Assembly: GCA_001642005.1 (NCBI GenBank)
Contig: LWCA01000259.1
Span: 1-35,910 of the forward strand
Direction of reading: 5' to 3'
From: Intoshia linei
Lineage: Eukaryota; Animalia; Orthonectida
Length of the DNA stretch: 35,910 nucleotides
The translations under genes and the position numbers were made by a program. Positions 11,401 through 24,237 of this stretch are shown here, piece after piece. The first letter of the stretch is position 1. The number at the start of each line of letters is the position of its first letter. The notes beneath the pieces are model-generated. The model did no database searches. It saw nothing but the letters and a program-made list of their open reading frames with translations, and was not told the origin of the DNA.

Positions 11401-13104
11401 ATTCAAGTAGTAATGAAAATATTGATACGGATTGTTCAAATGAGTATGGAAAATATCTTCATTCGTTGACTCTTAATTGTTTGTCCATTATTTTACTTTT
11501 TACTTGTGATACTATTTTCGATGGCGAAAATTTTTGTAATTTTTTATTTTTTTATTATTGATTAGTTAATAAGTACTATATAATAAAATTAATAAACAGT
11601 AGGGTAATAATTATGTGCTGGTACAAAAATTATCTGGCTTCGAGCGCCTTTTAACTTTTTTAATTTTATCCACATATTAAATATTATATATCGTATTTAT
11701 TTTTATGTAGATAAACTCAAAAATTTAATTAATTACTTTGCAACAATAATCACTGGAATTTACAATAGTTGTCACTATAACAAATTTGATGTAATTAATA
11801 TAATATTAATAAATATTGATTAAATTTATATTATTAATTCGGAGTTAAAATTTCGGCAATTTTTTATTTGATTTGGCGTTTTCAATTTTCTTTACAATTA
11901 CAATTACAGGCGATGAGGGATAGATGTGAAATTGAAAACGTCAAGGTCGTATATTACGTGAAAATTATAAAATTATTTTTTGTTTTAGTTTTATATTCTA
12001 AACATTTTCTGAGGTGGTAAAGTGATTAAATTAATATTTTAGGATAAATTCGAATTAAATAAAAAGAAATGTATAGCTTACATACGGTTTTCAGTAAATT
12101 TAGTTACAATTTGCCCTTCTTACCAGGTATGTGATTATTTAATTTTTTATACATTATATAGAAATATTTTTTTAAATCATGGAACTATAAAGATTTGGTT
12201 AAAGATGCACATTTAATTGGAACCACTGATTGTGAATTACAGAACGAAGCATTATTTTTAATTTTAGCTTTAACTAATCCTAAACCTTGTAAGATTAATT
12301 AAAATAATTTAAATTATGATTGAAATTAGATGAAGATAAAATAGTTGAGTATCATTTGGCATGCGATACTGTCAAGTTTTTGTGGAATTATTTAACTAAA
12401 CCTCGAATAAACAGTTTGATTGCGCATGTAGCTATTGCAAAATTATGTTATTATTACAATTTGACTCAATTTATCAAGGTTAATTAAAAATAAATTCCTG
12501 AATTATCTCTGAATTAATGACTATTTTAGAAATTAAATGTAACAGAAATAATATATAATTCTTTCCTAGAAAATGAAACGTGCATTAATTGGATATTTTT
12601 CTTTTATTTTTTAACCTTTAATAAAAATGGACAAAATCTTTTTGTAAATTTAGGTACATTTGTATTTTATGTACATTATTTACATGTTAATTTCAATTTG
12701 AATTTTAGATTTGGGCCAATACTTTTTCAAACTTTTAAATCATCCACAGTACATTCATATTGCTCTGTGTGTTATTCGAAATAATTGCTTCAATTCTACT
12801 TTTAAGCTCTTTATTATGAATGACAGTATTTATGTGATTAACTTTAATATTTTTTTGTTTAGCAGAACGAATAAAAAACCTTTTATACCATTTAAATAAA
12901 CAGTGTGATTCAACCATGTCATCAATTTGTTTGGAAATCATTTCTATACTATCATTTAAATCACACAAGGTTTGTTATTTTGTGTTTTTTTAAATATATT
13001 GGACTTTTTATTTTTTGTAGTACAAAAATTTGCTTAAATCAGTTTTGAATCAAGATAGATTGGAATACCAAAATTTTGAAAAAATCAACGATAGACTCTT
13101 GTAG
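2481..13104 (+). CDS. RTTN: Rotatin (RTTN/Ana3)-like armadillo-fold centriole/cilia protein; multi-exon, 5' end unresolved and possibly upstream of the window
   Basis: Large exons at about 3696-4808, 6046-7073 and 10146-11537, plus many small exons joined by 31-55 nt GT-AG introns. Spliced C-terminus: CINWIFFFYFLTFNKNGQNLFVNL-DLGQYFFKLLNHPQYIHIALCVIRNNCFNSTFKLFIMND-TERIKNLLYHLNKQCDSTMSSICLEIISILSFKSHK-YKNLLKS. This aligns by eye with the rotatin C-terminus (WLKLLLNISSGEDGQQMI...LLIFHNVCFSPANKPKIL...ALWALIYNYQKAKTALKS). Stop TAG at 13102-13104. The start coordinate is approximate. Confidence 0.7.
5042..6016 (+). mobile_element. Helitron-like non-autonomous element carrying an internal minisatellite (rotatin intron)
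   Basis: The 3' end is a GC hairpin, GCCTGtatcggcgttCGGGC, followed by TTCTAG|T. The interior (5100-5880) is about 25 copies of a roughly 30-bp unit ttggtaaaattgnnttttttatgaaata. The putative 5' end A|TCTACT at 5042 is less certain. Confidence 0.6.
8535..9410 (+). mobile_element. Repeat family D copy with Helitron-like 5' end, split by a Tc1/pogo MITE
   Basis: Begins tccaactcatataaaact...ctgtctgtctgtgt. Family D sequence resumes in register after 9347. Confidence 0.6.
8803..9345. mobile_element. Tc1/mariner-pogo (Tigger-like) MITE
   Basis: TA|CAGTGGTTGTCGATTTAAA ... TTTAAATTGACAACTACTG|TA: 19-bp imperfect TIRs with a TA TSD. Confidence 0.85.
9426..9666. mobile_element. Possible degenerate MITE
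   Basis: Imperfect inverted ends tagaggcgttttaggt ... acctaaaatcacccatccta. Confidence 0.3.
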
Positions 13105-13163
13105 TAGGTTAATATGTAATGTGTAATTATACAAATAAATACAGTACGTATTTAAAAAGTTGA

Positions 13164-16100
13164 TTAACAAATTGGTTTTGTATCTGGCACTATTGTTCTT
13201 CTATTTTCCTTTTTTGGATTTCTGCGACATCTCCGTCTATTTAATCGTGGTTCGTTTAGAGAAACTTCAGTCAACATTTTTGTTAAGTAGTCATCTGCAT
13301 CTTTTTTTTTTAGTTTGTTTTCTATTTTTTAAATTTGTATCATTTTTAATTTTCATTTAAAATTATTTTTTTAAATGATTTTAATCTGGTGTTCACTTCA
13401 ATTTTTTTTGTTTTCTGTATAAAATATACTTTTCAAAAATAAAAGAATACTTTAAATGGGCGAATATTCAATTGAGCGACATAATCATCGATTTTTGTAT
13501 AAAATGTAGGATTTTTAAGGGAAAATTTTTTTCACCCTATTTTTAAAAATTTTGTAAGGTTTTTAAGGGAACATTCTTTTCATCCAATTTTTTAAAGATT
13601 TTGATGATAATTATCCCAAACTTTTGTAGTGTTTTTAAGGGGAAATTTTTCCCCAATTTTTAAAGACTTTGAAGATACCATTTGTCACCCAATTTTTATA
13701 GATTTGGGAGATTATTTTGGGACCAAAATTTTGTAGGGTTTTTAAGGGAACACATTTTTTAACCAAATTTTTAAAGATTTTTGACATAATTTTAAGAAAT
13801 AAATTTATTAGGGTTTTAGCCTTTTCACTGTCTGATGCAATTTTATGTACTATCACCACACGTCTGGAATTTATGTTTTAATTTAAACTTGTATTATTTT
13901 TAAATAATTACCTATGTGAAAATGTATGAAAATAAAAGAATAAAGTTTTTCAAAATTAAGCTGTGTATATCATAGAATACACAGACGTGTGAAGTGAAAT
14001 TGCTATGTCTAGTATAGATTCTATACTATAGATTACATAGACAGTGAAAGGGTTAAGAGACCATTTTTCACCCAATTTTTATAGATTTGGAAGATTATTT
14101 TGGGACCAAAATTTTGTGGAGTTTTTAAGGGAACGTTTTAAACATTTCAACGGATCTTGAAAATCTTTAAAAATTGGATGAAAATATATATTTCAAACCC
14201 ACAAATATTTATTCCAAAAATCAATATGATTAATTCACAAAAATCTATGATTATGTTGATAAATATGCATTGATCTAACAATAAATTACCCGTTTTTGTT
14301 CGTTCTTGTGGTTCTTCCGTGATTGTTTCAATTTCATTCATTTGTATCTAAATAAAATAATGTAATTTTTCATAAAATGTATACTATTTTTGTGTTGTTT
14401 AGTATTGTTTTTCCTCTAGTATTGCGTCTATATATTCGTTCTTTTTTTTTTTGGATTTTTTCCAAAACTTGATCTCTATTTTTTTAATATTTATTAATAA
14501 TATTTGAAAATGGGAAATTTTATGTGTTTTAAGGTTTATGATACGGGTTGACACAATTACCGGAAAATGTTGCGTGATGTTTAATTGTTAATACATTGTA
14601 TTGATTAATTTTTTTCAATATTAAACAATTTATGATACATGTGGCGTTTTTATCAAAAATTAAATTTATGAAAAATCGATAAAGGGCCAACGTGATTTGT
14701 AATATTTTTGAGAACATACACCATAATTACTAATTTAAACCCAAATTTTGATCAATAAGTTAATCATCTTAATTATATAAATTAAGTAAAATTTTTTATA
14801 TAATTATAATTCAGTTGAATTTTTTTTGATTTGTTCCGTATAAACGGGTATTAAATAATGTCTACCCCAGGTTTATAGCATAATTTTTTAAAAATAATTC
14901 ATATTTATATAATTATAATTATAGTTGAAATATTTTAATCAATATTAGTTGGGAAATTACTTTTTTCAATACCTCAACTTGAATTATTAATCATATTACC
15001 GATTCATATTGTAATCCATTGAAAAGTCGCGTATAATAATGCAAAATTCGTCAACTGATAGTTTTTTGGCGGTTTCATTAGAGAACCCAAAATAGGCTAA
15101 TACTGAATAATATCTAGTTATATTAATTAATTCATGTCCTTTAACATGAAATGATATTAAAGTTACCATTATTATATTATTTTATATTATAATAATAATT
15201 ATTTTAAATCCAATTTTTGACGAACCCCAGTTTACGAACCATAGATATATAGTAATTTATATTAATAACCTGTTCATTAGGCGTCTATGAGAAATTTGAA
15301 GAATTTGAATAGATTTAGTTGAATTCATCAAGAAATTTTTTATACTAAAAATTATTTATTAATTGTATGAAAACATTGAAATTACTCCAATTTGTTATCA
15401 AATGAAATTCCTTTTTTATTAATAATGAAATAATTTTTCCAACAATTTTTACAAGCAGTTTCTAATTTTTTTAAACGTTCCTTAATTTCACGAGAATCTA
15501 CCTGTGAAATAAATTTTTTATAATGAAATTTTATAATATACTTTACTACACCGTATAATGGCACCCATTTCACTGTACAGATTGGCACTAGTTTCGAAAT
15601 TATTGTTCATGATTTTGGCTATATGGTGCATTAAGCTGTTTTTGTTTGGACCTGTTTCTTTGATTTCTCCAATATTTTTTAAGTAATCAATTTGAAATGC
15701 GTTTTTCTATATGAAATATCAATTACATTGATAAAAAATTTAATTCAATTGAAATTCCTGAACAGGGTCGTGGAGAGACAGTAGGCCTATAGAAATTTTT
15801 TTTAAAAAATGGGACCTCTATACAATGTACATTGTACATTGTTTAATCGATCGTTCATCATCTTAAAATGAAAAATGAACGTTCCAAATCGCATTGGTCA
15901 TTGAATATATAGTTTTGGTATAGTTATGAAATTTTACATTACCTATTAATACAGTTAAAAAGTGACCTCTGATCATTGTAGGCCTGGGTCATATGACCCA
16001 ACTAACCCTCTTCACGGTCCTGCTACAGAGTAGAATGTGTGTTCATTAAAAACGTTTATTTTTTGAAAAACTAAAAATATCACTGGGTATAAGGCGGCGT

Positions 16101-19100
16101 TAGATATATCTAGAAATTTAGTGGAAACAAATGACTACTCAAAATTTTCTTATTAATTTCTATTGTACGAGAGTTGTAGTTATACTCTAAGGTTCAATTC
16201 AAATATTTGAATGAATTCCACGAAAAAACTAATGATTTAAAATTATCTATAGTGACTTTGGTAAATTTTAATTTACCGATGAGTTGTTCATGAATTTTCC
16301 AAGTTTCAATATTGTAAAAAGTATGTTTTTAAATATTTGACTCTTTTTTAAATTTTCTAGACCATTCATCAAATCATGAAGATATCCTCCAATTTCCTAA
16401 ATTTACAACTTTTTAAATTACATTATAAATGAGAATTTAGAAAATTTTATTAATCGAGTGTTCTTCAACCGGGGGAATTTCCCCGGTTGTAAGTTTAATA
16501 TTTAATTTTAATATTTGAAGGTTTGAAATTTAATATTTTTGATTATAAAAAAGACTGTTCCTCCCAAACTATCAACTCGTGTCACCAATTGAAACAAGGA
16601 TGAATTTTGTATAAAATGATGGTACATTTTAGTGCATTGATATTTTATTTTAGGGTTGTTTATAAACTATTTGTAATTATTCACTTAAATTAAGTGATAA
16701 AATCTTAATTAATTCTCTCCTTTATAAGTCAGTAAAGAAGAAAAATTTTATATTCTTTAAATTATTGTCATTTTCTTACCTCTTCAATTGATGGAAAATC
16801 TAGTTTGAATAGCCAAAGTGATAATCGTTCTTCCACTTGACTAAATAATGTTTTTGATAAAAATAATGTATAATTAATTTGGTAACTATATAATGATTCT
16901 ATGATGTAATATGATTATTCGTGGATCGATAACATCTACATTCGATGCATATATTCTTTGAAATAATTATGTTGATAATATTAAATTATACCAGAGGTTC
17001 CCACACTTTTTCTACGGCGGACCGGTAATAAATTACAAAATTTAACGCAGACCACTAAAGCGATATTACTAGGCACCATTAAAAAAATTTTGATGAAAAA
17101 CGTAATAAATTGACTTTTAATGAGTAAATTAATTTTAAATTAATTTTTTAAAAATTACTTGATGGACCGGTAAAAATTTTTCACGTACCATTACTGGTCC
17201 GCGAACCAGAATTTGGGAAACCCTGACTTATACATTGATATTTTATTTTGAAAATTAATAGAAATGTTATGTGGAAATAGGACAGTGAGAAATTTTAAGA
17301 AAATGAACTAATTAATTAACTTTTTTATAAAGGCCTTGATTTTTTAGTTTTAAAATCTAGCCTACCATTATCATTTGCAGACGACAAATTGGCGGTTTTT
17401 ATTAATACTTAGAGAAGACATATAACTATAATTAAAAATACCTGATGGAATTCATACTAACCAAAAACTTTTCGCATGGGTCATAAATTTTTAAATCTGG
17501 GTTTTCAGTAAGTAGTTCTTTAATACGGTTGATTTCTGATTCTTTTGGTAACATTTCACCACTTAATTTCTAAAATAAAATGAAATTATTTCTAATAAAA
17601 AAAGATATAAAAAGTAGAACCAGTGACCGTCAAAACTTTTCATTACACTGGTCTACAGACAGAACATTTTTTTGGGGGATTTATTTTGAAAAAGTTTAGC
17701 GAGTAACAAAATCTTTGTTTTAAATCAAAATAATAAGAACTAAAGTTTTTTTGTCAAATAAAGAAATTGGTGACTAGTGGAGGCTTCATTGTATATATAT
17801 TATTATAAATAATTACTTCGACCATGTCTCGACTCAAAATAGTAATATCCATTTTTAATATTGCATTTTTAATTATATGCTGTTCTGGAAATTTACGTAA
17901 TGCCACAGTCAAATTTGTTGATCTTTGTCTATCAATGAACAATGTTGTTTTAGTTTTGATTGATTTCTAAAATTATTAATTATCGATAAAACTTAAAATA
18001 AATTAAAAATTTTTTACGACCCAATAAAAAAATTTCAAATAATTTGAATCGTAACGGTGTTGAATGAGCCAACCCATTGTCCCATTAATAAATGTACATT
18101 AGAGCTATTCCAATTTTAACTTTTCTTTAAATTTAAAAAAGACATATATAGATAATAATCTCCATTTAATTTGCTACAAAATGATATAATTTTTTTTATT
18201 TTCGTCACAAAAAAAAACACGCATCCTTACCTTTTTTTGTTTTCCTAACATTTTTTTCCCGTAGTTGCCATGCATTTGTTATAATTTTAAGATATAACAT
18301 AGATCATATGACACCTATCACATTAATTAAAAAAAATCAATAAAAAATCCTTTATTTTAGACACAGTTCACGGGCAAACTTTTCGTTATTTTTAAAAAAA
18401 TTAAATAATTGCAAAAAAAGACATGAATTTATATGAACTGGGTCAAAATATTTTAAATTCTTCTATTTAAATATATTTTAAGTATTATTGTAAACAAATA
18501 ATTTTGTTAAGTTTATAATATTAAGAGTAAAACGAATTTAAAAATAATAAATTTAATTCATAACTTTTGTTTATATATTTTTTTGGATAAAAATGTAATA
18601 GCCCTAATGTACATTGTACATTATACCCAATAATTACCTTATTATTTTTCTTTTTTTCAATTTGTTTGGATTCAAAGAGTCTTTCAATTTCCAAAAAATC
18701 CACTTTAATGGAATCTAGAACCCTGACATCTGTCCATATTGTATCACATTCACTACCAGAACAATTAAAATACTTTTCATGTCCATTATTCCAGTGAAGT
18801 TTGATTAAACGTTTTTGTTTATCTTCACTATCATTAAAATTTTGTTTATTATTTGGTTTTGAGACAGGTGTAGAAATTTTGGGTGGTAAAGATATGCTAG
18901 GTGGCCCAGAAATTTTGGGTGGTCCCGAAATGGGTGGTGGTTGAGATATAACTGGTGGGCCAGATATTGGAGGCGGTTTAGATCCATTTGTAGTTTGTTT
19001 TTGTTTTTCACTTGGTTTCATGTTAAAATTAAATGATATCATATCCATATCATCTTTTTTTGTGAGTAAACTAAAGCAATAATCATTAATGTTGAGTCGA

Positions 19101-22100
19101 ACAGTATTTTCCAAGTTTTTACTAATACTGGTCCAAATTGATTCTGATTGAGACGCGTCAATGGTAAAGGAATTTGAATTGTTTAAATTTGTAACTCTTG
19201 GTTTATTGTCTGGTTCGTTTTTTTCTGTAATAGGATTTAGTAAGGGTTTTTCTACATTTTTTATATCCAATGCTACGTCTATATTTAAATAAAATTAATT
19301 AATACGCTAACGTAACGATAATGTTACAATTTTAATTTTATACCACTTATTTTTAGTGTGGAAATTGGTAGTCTCATTTTATGAACAGATTTGTTTTTTT
19401 TTGTTAATACTTCACTTTTCAATTCCTTGACGAAATCTAAAATATTTAATCTCATAAACCATTAATTAAGTTTACTTTTTTCAGGCTTAGCGGATTTTGG
19501 AATTTCATTCGACTTACTGCTAGGATTAATATATAGTCTTGTATAACTCTTTAATCTTACTCTTTTACAGGTAACGTATTTTCTACATTTTCTTGATCGT
19601 TTTGTAATAGGCTTGAATACGTTTCCAATTGTAATTTCAATGAATTATCTAAATTTACTCCGTATTGATATTAATGATGTGTTTAAATTTTAAATTTATA
19701 TTCAGATTTATGTCAACTATGTTTAATTTCATTACCTTTGTATTTATTCAATTTTTTCAGTATCTTGGTCATTTCTTGCTTCTTCATTGCATCCGTGATT
19801 TCATAAAAAATTGTTTGATCGTCTATATTTTCAAGTAACTTAAAAATAATTAATAAATTGAATTAAATTTAATACCTCATTAATTACTTTCAATGTTAGT
19901 GTTATTATCTCGTTAGTCACTACTACTTTTTCTTTCAATATTATCATAAATCGCATTGTTAACGGTGCATCTATGACCCAATTATTAATTTTTTATCATT
20001 TAATATTATATTATTTAGTATAGTTGTTTATTTAATAGGTATTGTTAATTTTATCCCATTATAATTATAAAATCTATTCAACAGTTAAAACTCGTAACAG
20101 TTGTTTTGAAATAAGAAAGTAATATTATTGTTATGCTTTTTTATTTTAAACATTAATCAAAAAAATTAACACTCTAAATTTTTATTATCTGTGAGCCCAA
20201 TATTTTCAAATGAAAAGAGAGAACGAGTACATGATCGATATACCAAAAAAATTTAAATATTTGGACCAACTCTACATTCATACGGTACTAATATTTGTCA
20301 TTAATGAAAGGTTTGTATTAATCAGTTTGGGATCACTGGAATAAGACCTATGTATGAGTCATGTGACTCATTTACAACTAATGCTTTAAATTATGAACAT
20401 TTACTTATTTTCAAATCGGCAAGTTTCATAGCATCAATCATGTAGTGTGTGTTTGTACCAATATACTTGACAAATGTGAGCAATAAGCATAATAGATTTT
20501 TTAGTACAATAGAATGCTAGAATATAGTTATTAATCAAGAACATCTTATTATCTAGTTATTATTATCTCTAATCCGTCAATGTCGGGACTTGGCATTATT
20601 TTAACATTGTAGATAATTTGGCAACACAGAGAAAAAAAACCATATACAAGGTTTGTGGAGAAACAACAGTGGTCCAAGTCAAATCAAAATTGTGCCATAT
20701 ATACAAGTAAACATTAAAGAGATTTCACCCTAGTCCCTCTTCACGACCCTGCATATAAATACCCCAAAAAAGATAAAAATATTAAAAATTATTTGTTAAT
20801 ATTCTAAAAACAATTATGATTAGACTCAACAAATCTAAATTTAATTGGTACGACAATTTATGCGTTAATTATAATTATTTAATTAACCTTTGAGGATAAT
20901 TGTTCATATGTCCATATAATAACGTTTTGTTGGTTTATAAATCCTTCCATACCGTCTACATAAACCATAATTGATAACATTGCTAAATTTAAATAATAAT
21001 TATGATTAAAACAAATTTTTACCTTTTAAGACATAATTTTGAAAAAATTTGTCAATGTTTCTGTCAAATATCCCCATTAATGCTTGTAAGCCGTCATGAT
21101 TCACAAATTCATGAACGAAGTCTTCGTCAGACTAAAATTGTAAAATTCGTACATTGTAGTTCAACGTTAAACATATTATAATCAGTGTTAGTAAATTGGA
21201 TGTTTCTTTAAAACCATGGTTCCAGATTGGGGCCCAAGTATAAATAATGTATAAAAAAAATTTGTCAACTTTTGTTTATTTTAATAGTAGCATTTTTAAT
21301 ATTTATTATAGAGTGCCAGATGTTGGGAATTTATTCAAAAACCTATACGACGGCTACATTATTATTAATGTCCCAAAAATCCCACTTTTATCCCACTATT
21401 AATAAATTTAATCAAAAATACCATTTCAAATCCTCACGGAAAAATCGACTTTTACCGATAGTTTTTTGAAAAATCCATTTAATCAAAGACCAAAATAATA
21501 TATCCATTTTAACAACCCTTGATGGAAAATACCCTTTTTTACTTTATTTTTTTTAAAAATTCGATTTTACCAAATATTATGTGTAACATCTTCTTAATCC
21601 AAAATAAAAAATCCAATTTTACCAACCCTTAATGGAAAAATCCCCAATTTTTCAATATTGTTTTTAAAAATCAGATTTCACCAAATCTTATGACCAACAA
21701 CTTCTCAATCCAAAATAAAAAATCCAATTTATAACCCTTAATGGAAAACTCCTTTTTTTTTAATAATTTTTTTAAAAATCTTTCAAATTCTTTTTAAAAC
21801 GCGTTCCAGCGTTTTATTTCTTTAAAATTCTAGGACTAATTTCTAAAAATAAAATTTGCAATAAATCAATACTTCCGCAAAATTGTATTTAAAATTGTGT
21901 TTTTTTAAATCTGGGACTTTTAATTTTTTAGTTAAAAGGTAACACACAAACATTGTATTTTATATAAATAAAGGATACTCATGTTTCATAGGGTATGACT
22001 CATACCAAATATTAAGAAAATTTATGATAATCATCAGGCTCAGTGATATCATCATTCATATATGATTTCAATGTTAATATGATATTTAGCTCGACTTTCG

Positions 22101-23612
22101 ACAATAAAAGTTTTTGATTTATAATTTACTAATAAATTATATTGTTTAGTAAAAAATGGTCACTGAATTAATAATTTTTTTTTTTAACTAAACTGTTATA
22201 TCAGCCCCAAAAAAGAAATCGACTATAGATCATTTTTTCAAGTGTGGTATATGCTGTAGAATTAAATTGCTATTATACCTCGAAAATGTATTTTAATCCA
22301 AATAAATGATTTTTTAGTACTGTTCCTTCGTCGTTTAAGAGTTTTTCTAAAATTAAATTAAATTAATTAAATTAAAATATTGAAATCGTTAAACGTTAGC
22401 TAATATGCATTATTTTACACTTATAAGACAAAAAATGAGAAATTTCCTAAAATTAAAGATCAGTTGACAACAGACTTATCACAGTTATGGTTATTTTTTG
22501 ATGATACCATCAAATATTTTTTCAATTTTGAAAGAGATTATAATGTCATTGGTTTAATTAATATAATAAAAAAAAATTGTATAGTTATATTTATAGGTGT
22601 TTTTTTAAAAATTTGAAATTATTTTAAAGGGTTTTAGGTTAATTTTATACTATTATTTAAAAAAGGTGGTAAGGTTAGATTTTTTTAAAGTTTAAAAAAA
22701 CTTAAAATAAAGAGGAATTATAGGGTAACTATTTTCATAAATTTTTTTAATTTTTCAATGCGATTTTAAATATAATTACAAAAATATATAATTATAAAAT
22801 TATAAACTAAAATAAAAAAGGTTTTACGCTTTTTAATCAAATGTTAAAGAATGTTTAGGGAATTTTTTTGGTCAAACATTAAAATAGGTTTAAAAGTTCA
22901 TCTAAAGGTTTGTATTATTTTTTAAAAAGAGTTTTTAGGGCAATTATTTTAACCAATTCCTGCAAAAGTGTTTATTTTTTAAACTAAAACTTTCACTGAT
23001 TAAAATTAATTAAAATTAATAAAAAAAGTTTTTAATTATTTAAAATTTTCCATTAAATTTTAAAAAGGTTTGCCTAATTTTTTTGATTAAATATTAAAAT
23101 GAATACTAATTGTTGAATCTCAAAACGGTTATATAATTACCTATACAAGAAAAAACACGAATACACAGTTTTGTTCGAATAATAAAATGGTACTTGTCGC
23201 TAAAAATAATATTATTTTGCATAAACATAAAATATACTCATTAAACATAACATCAAGAATGTTTTTTTGATCTTCTATTGATTGTGACATGTCTAGATAA
23301 GCTCCAAATTCAGATTTTTTGTATAACTGGATAGCACAGGTGTCAATCTAGTTAAAAAATGAATAAAAATTAAAAAAAATAATAAAATGTCAATTTCAAT
23401 GAAAAAACAAAAATTATAATCAAAAATACTAAAAAAACAATCCAGTCTACCGGTTGAGGAGGTTCAATTAATTCATAAATTTTTAAAATGAGTCTATCGA
23501 GAGGTACACGACAATCTGCATTAAATTTGGAAGGAATAGAAGGTTTTCGTATCCATTCATTTTCAAAAACATCTATATCGCAAATGTATTGAATTTTCAA
23601 TTGCAACTCCAT
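13164..23612 (-). CDS. FHOD: FHOD-family formin (FHOD1/3, Fhos): GBD/FH3-FH1-FH2-DAD, 24 exons, roughly 1000 aa
   Basis: Exons splice in frame through GT-AG introns. GBD/FH3: MELQLKIQYICDIDVF..PPQP-IDTCAIQLY..GAYLDMSQSIEDQ-HFIIRTKLCIRVFSCI-EKLLN..LFGLKYIFE-SDEDFVHEFVNHDGL..QNYVLK-AMLSIMVYVDGMEG. Pro-rich FH1 at 18865-18977. FH2: LHW..TIW..LFESK-IDRQRSTNLTVAL-EERLSLWLFKLDF-LGKFMN-AFQIDYL..EIKE..SLMHHI..NLYSEMGAIIRCSK-VD..HRRLMNR..FCIIIRDFSMDY..RRNTRGKTI. DAD: DDYLTKML..RRRCRRNPKKENRRTI. Stop at 13164-13166. Confidence 0.95.
13505..14140. repeat. Minisatellite of about 40 bp in the last FHOD intron
   Basis: Units of tttttaaggga.cattttttcacccaatttttaaagattttg, with near-identical blocks of about 75 bp at 13678-13752 and 14061-14133. 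Confidence 0.75.
13820..14052 (-). mobile_element. piggyBac-type MITE, copy 2 (inverted)
   Basis: ttag|CCTTTTCACTGTCT...AGACAGTGAAAGGG|TTAA. The body is the reverse complement of 1888-2106. Confidence 0.9.
15763..16022 (-). mobile_element. hAT-type MITE family A, copy 2
   Basis: CAGGGTCGTGGAGAG ... CTCTTCACGGTCCTG. Inverted homolog of 1285-1540. Confidence 0.8.
16992..17225. mobile_element. hAT (Buster/Charlie, MER5-like) MITE
   Basis: TIRs CAGAGGTTCCCACA ... TTTGGGAAACCCTG. The 8-bp TSD aatTAtac / actTAtac matches at 7/8. Subterminal ggaccgg motifs are present. Confidence 0.85.
20647..20751. mobile_element. Short deletion derivative of hAT MITE family A
   Basis: aaggtttgtggaga ... ccctcttcacgaccctg. 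Confidence 0.55.
21370..21780. repeat. Minisatellite related to 1689-2150 and 5100-5880
   Basis: Repeated aaaatccaattttaccaacccttaatggaaaa units with higher-order duplication. Confidence 0.7.
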
Positions 23613-24237
23613 AAATCGTAAAAATAAACAAGCAAAACAAATATTGTTTTTTATTTACTCTTTCTAGAATTATCAACATCTCAAATTAACATTGAATATT
23701 AATTTATGCTGGATTAATTTTTTTTTCAAATTTTCATTATTTGTGTATGCATTGTTATATTCTGTTTCAGTAACACATGAAAGAGAATTGTTTATAAATA
23801 ACTTGATTAATTATGTGTGCCGATTTATTTTTTATTTTTAGGCTTAAACTTATTATTGATTTTTAAATTAGGTCACTGTCACCATCATGTTTACATTTTA
23901 ATCACAGTCGATATTATATAATATCATAAATGCACACCGTCGTTATTGTAAAATTAGTTTTTTATATCAGACACAATTTTAATTTACTCTTACACTAATA
24001 TTTACAATTAGTATCACTGGATTTTTACATTTGATGATAATCCTATCAACACGTAACAGTATCAATTTTGTTATTAATAATTGTGTATTGTATCATTATC
24101 AAGGTTAATTATTCCAGTTTTATATCATTGAATGAAAAAGTATTGCAAATCATTATTTCGTTTTAATAGATTACGTTTTGACCTTTAAGCTTAGACTTAG
24201 ACTGAAACGATCAAAAAATACTTGGCTATAAGCATTA

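Noticed and set aside
13635-13859. 74-aa minus ORF
   Set aside because: It spans the satellite and a MITE end.
15821-15842. TACAATGTACATTGTACA palindromic words (also about 18607, 25093, 29841)
   Set aside because: This is a short simple-repeat motif with no consistent position relative to genes.
17614-17779. Short CACTGG/CCAGTG inverted words as another CAC-ended element
   Set aside because: The matches are too short and there is no convincing TSD.
18805-19011. 68-aa His-rich ORF overlapping FH1
   Set aside because: It is an alternate frame of the Pro-rich repeat.
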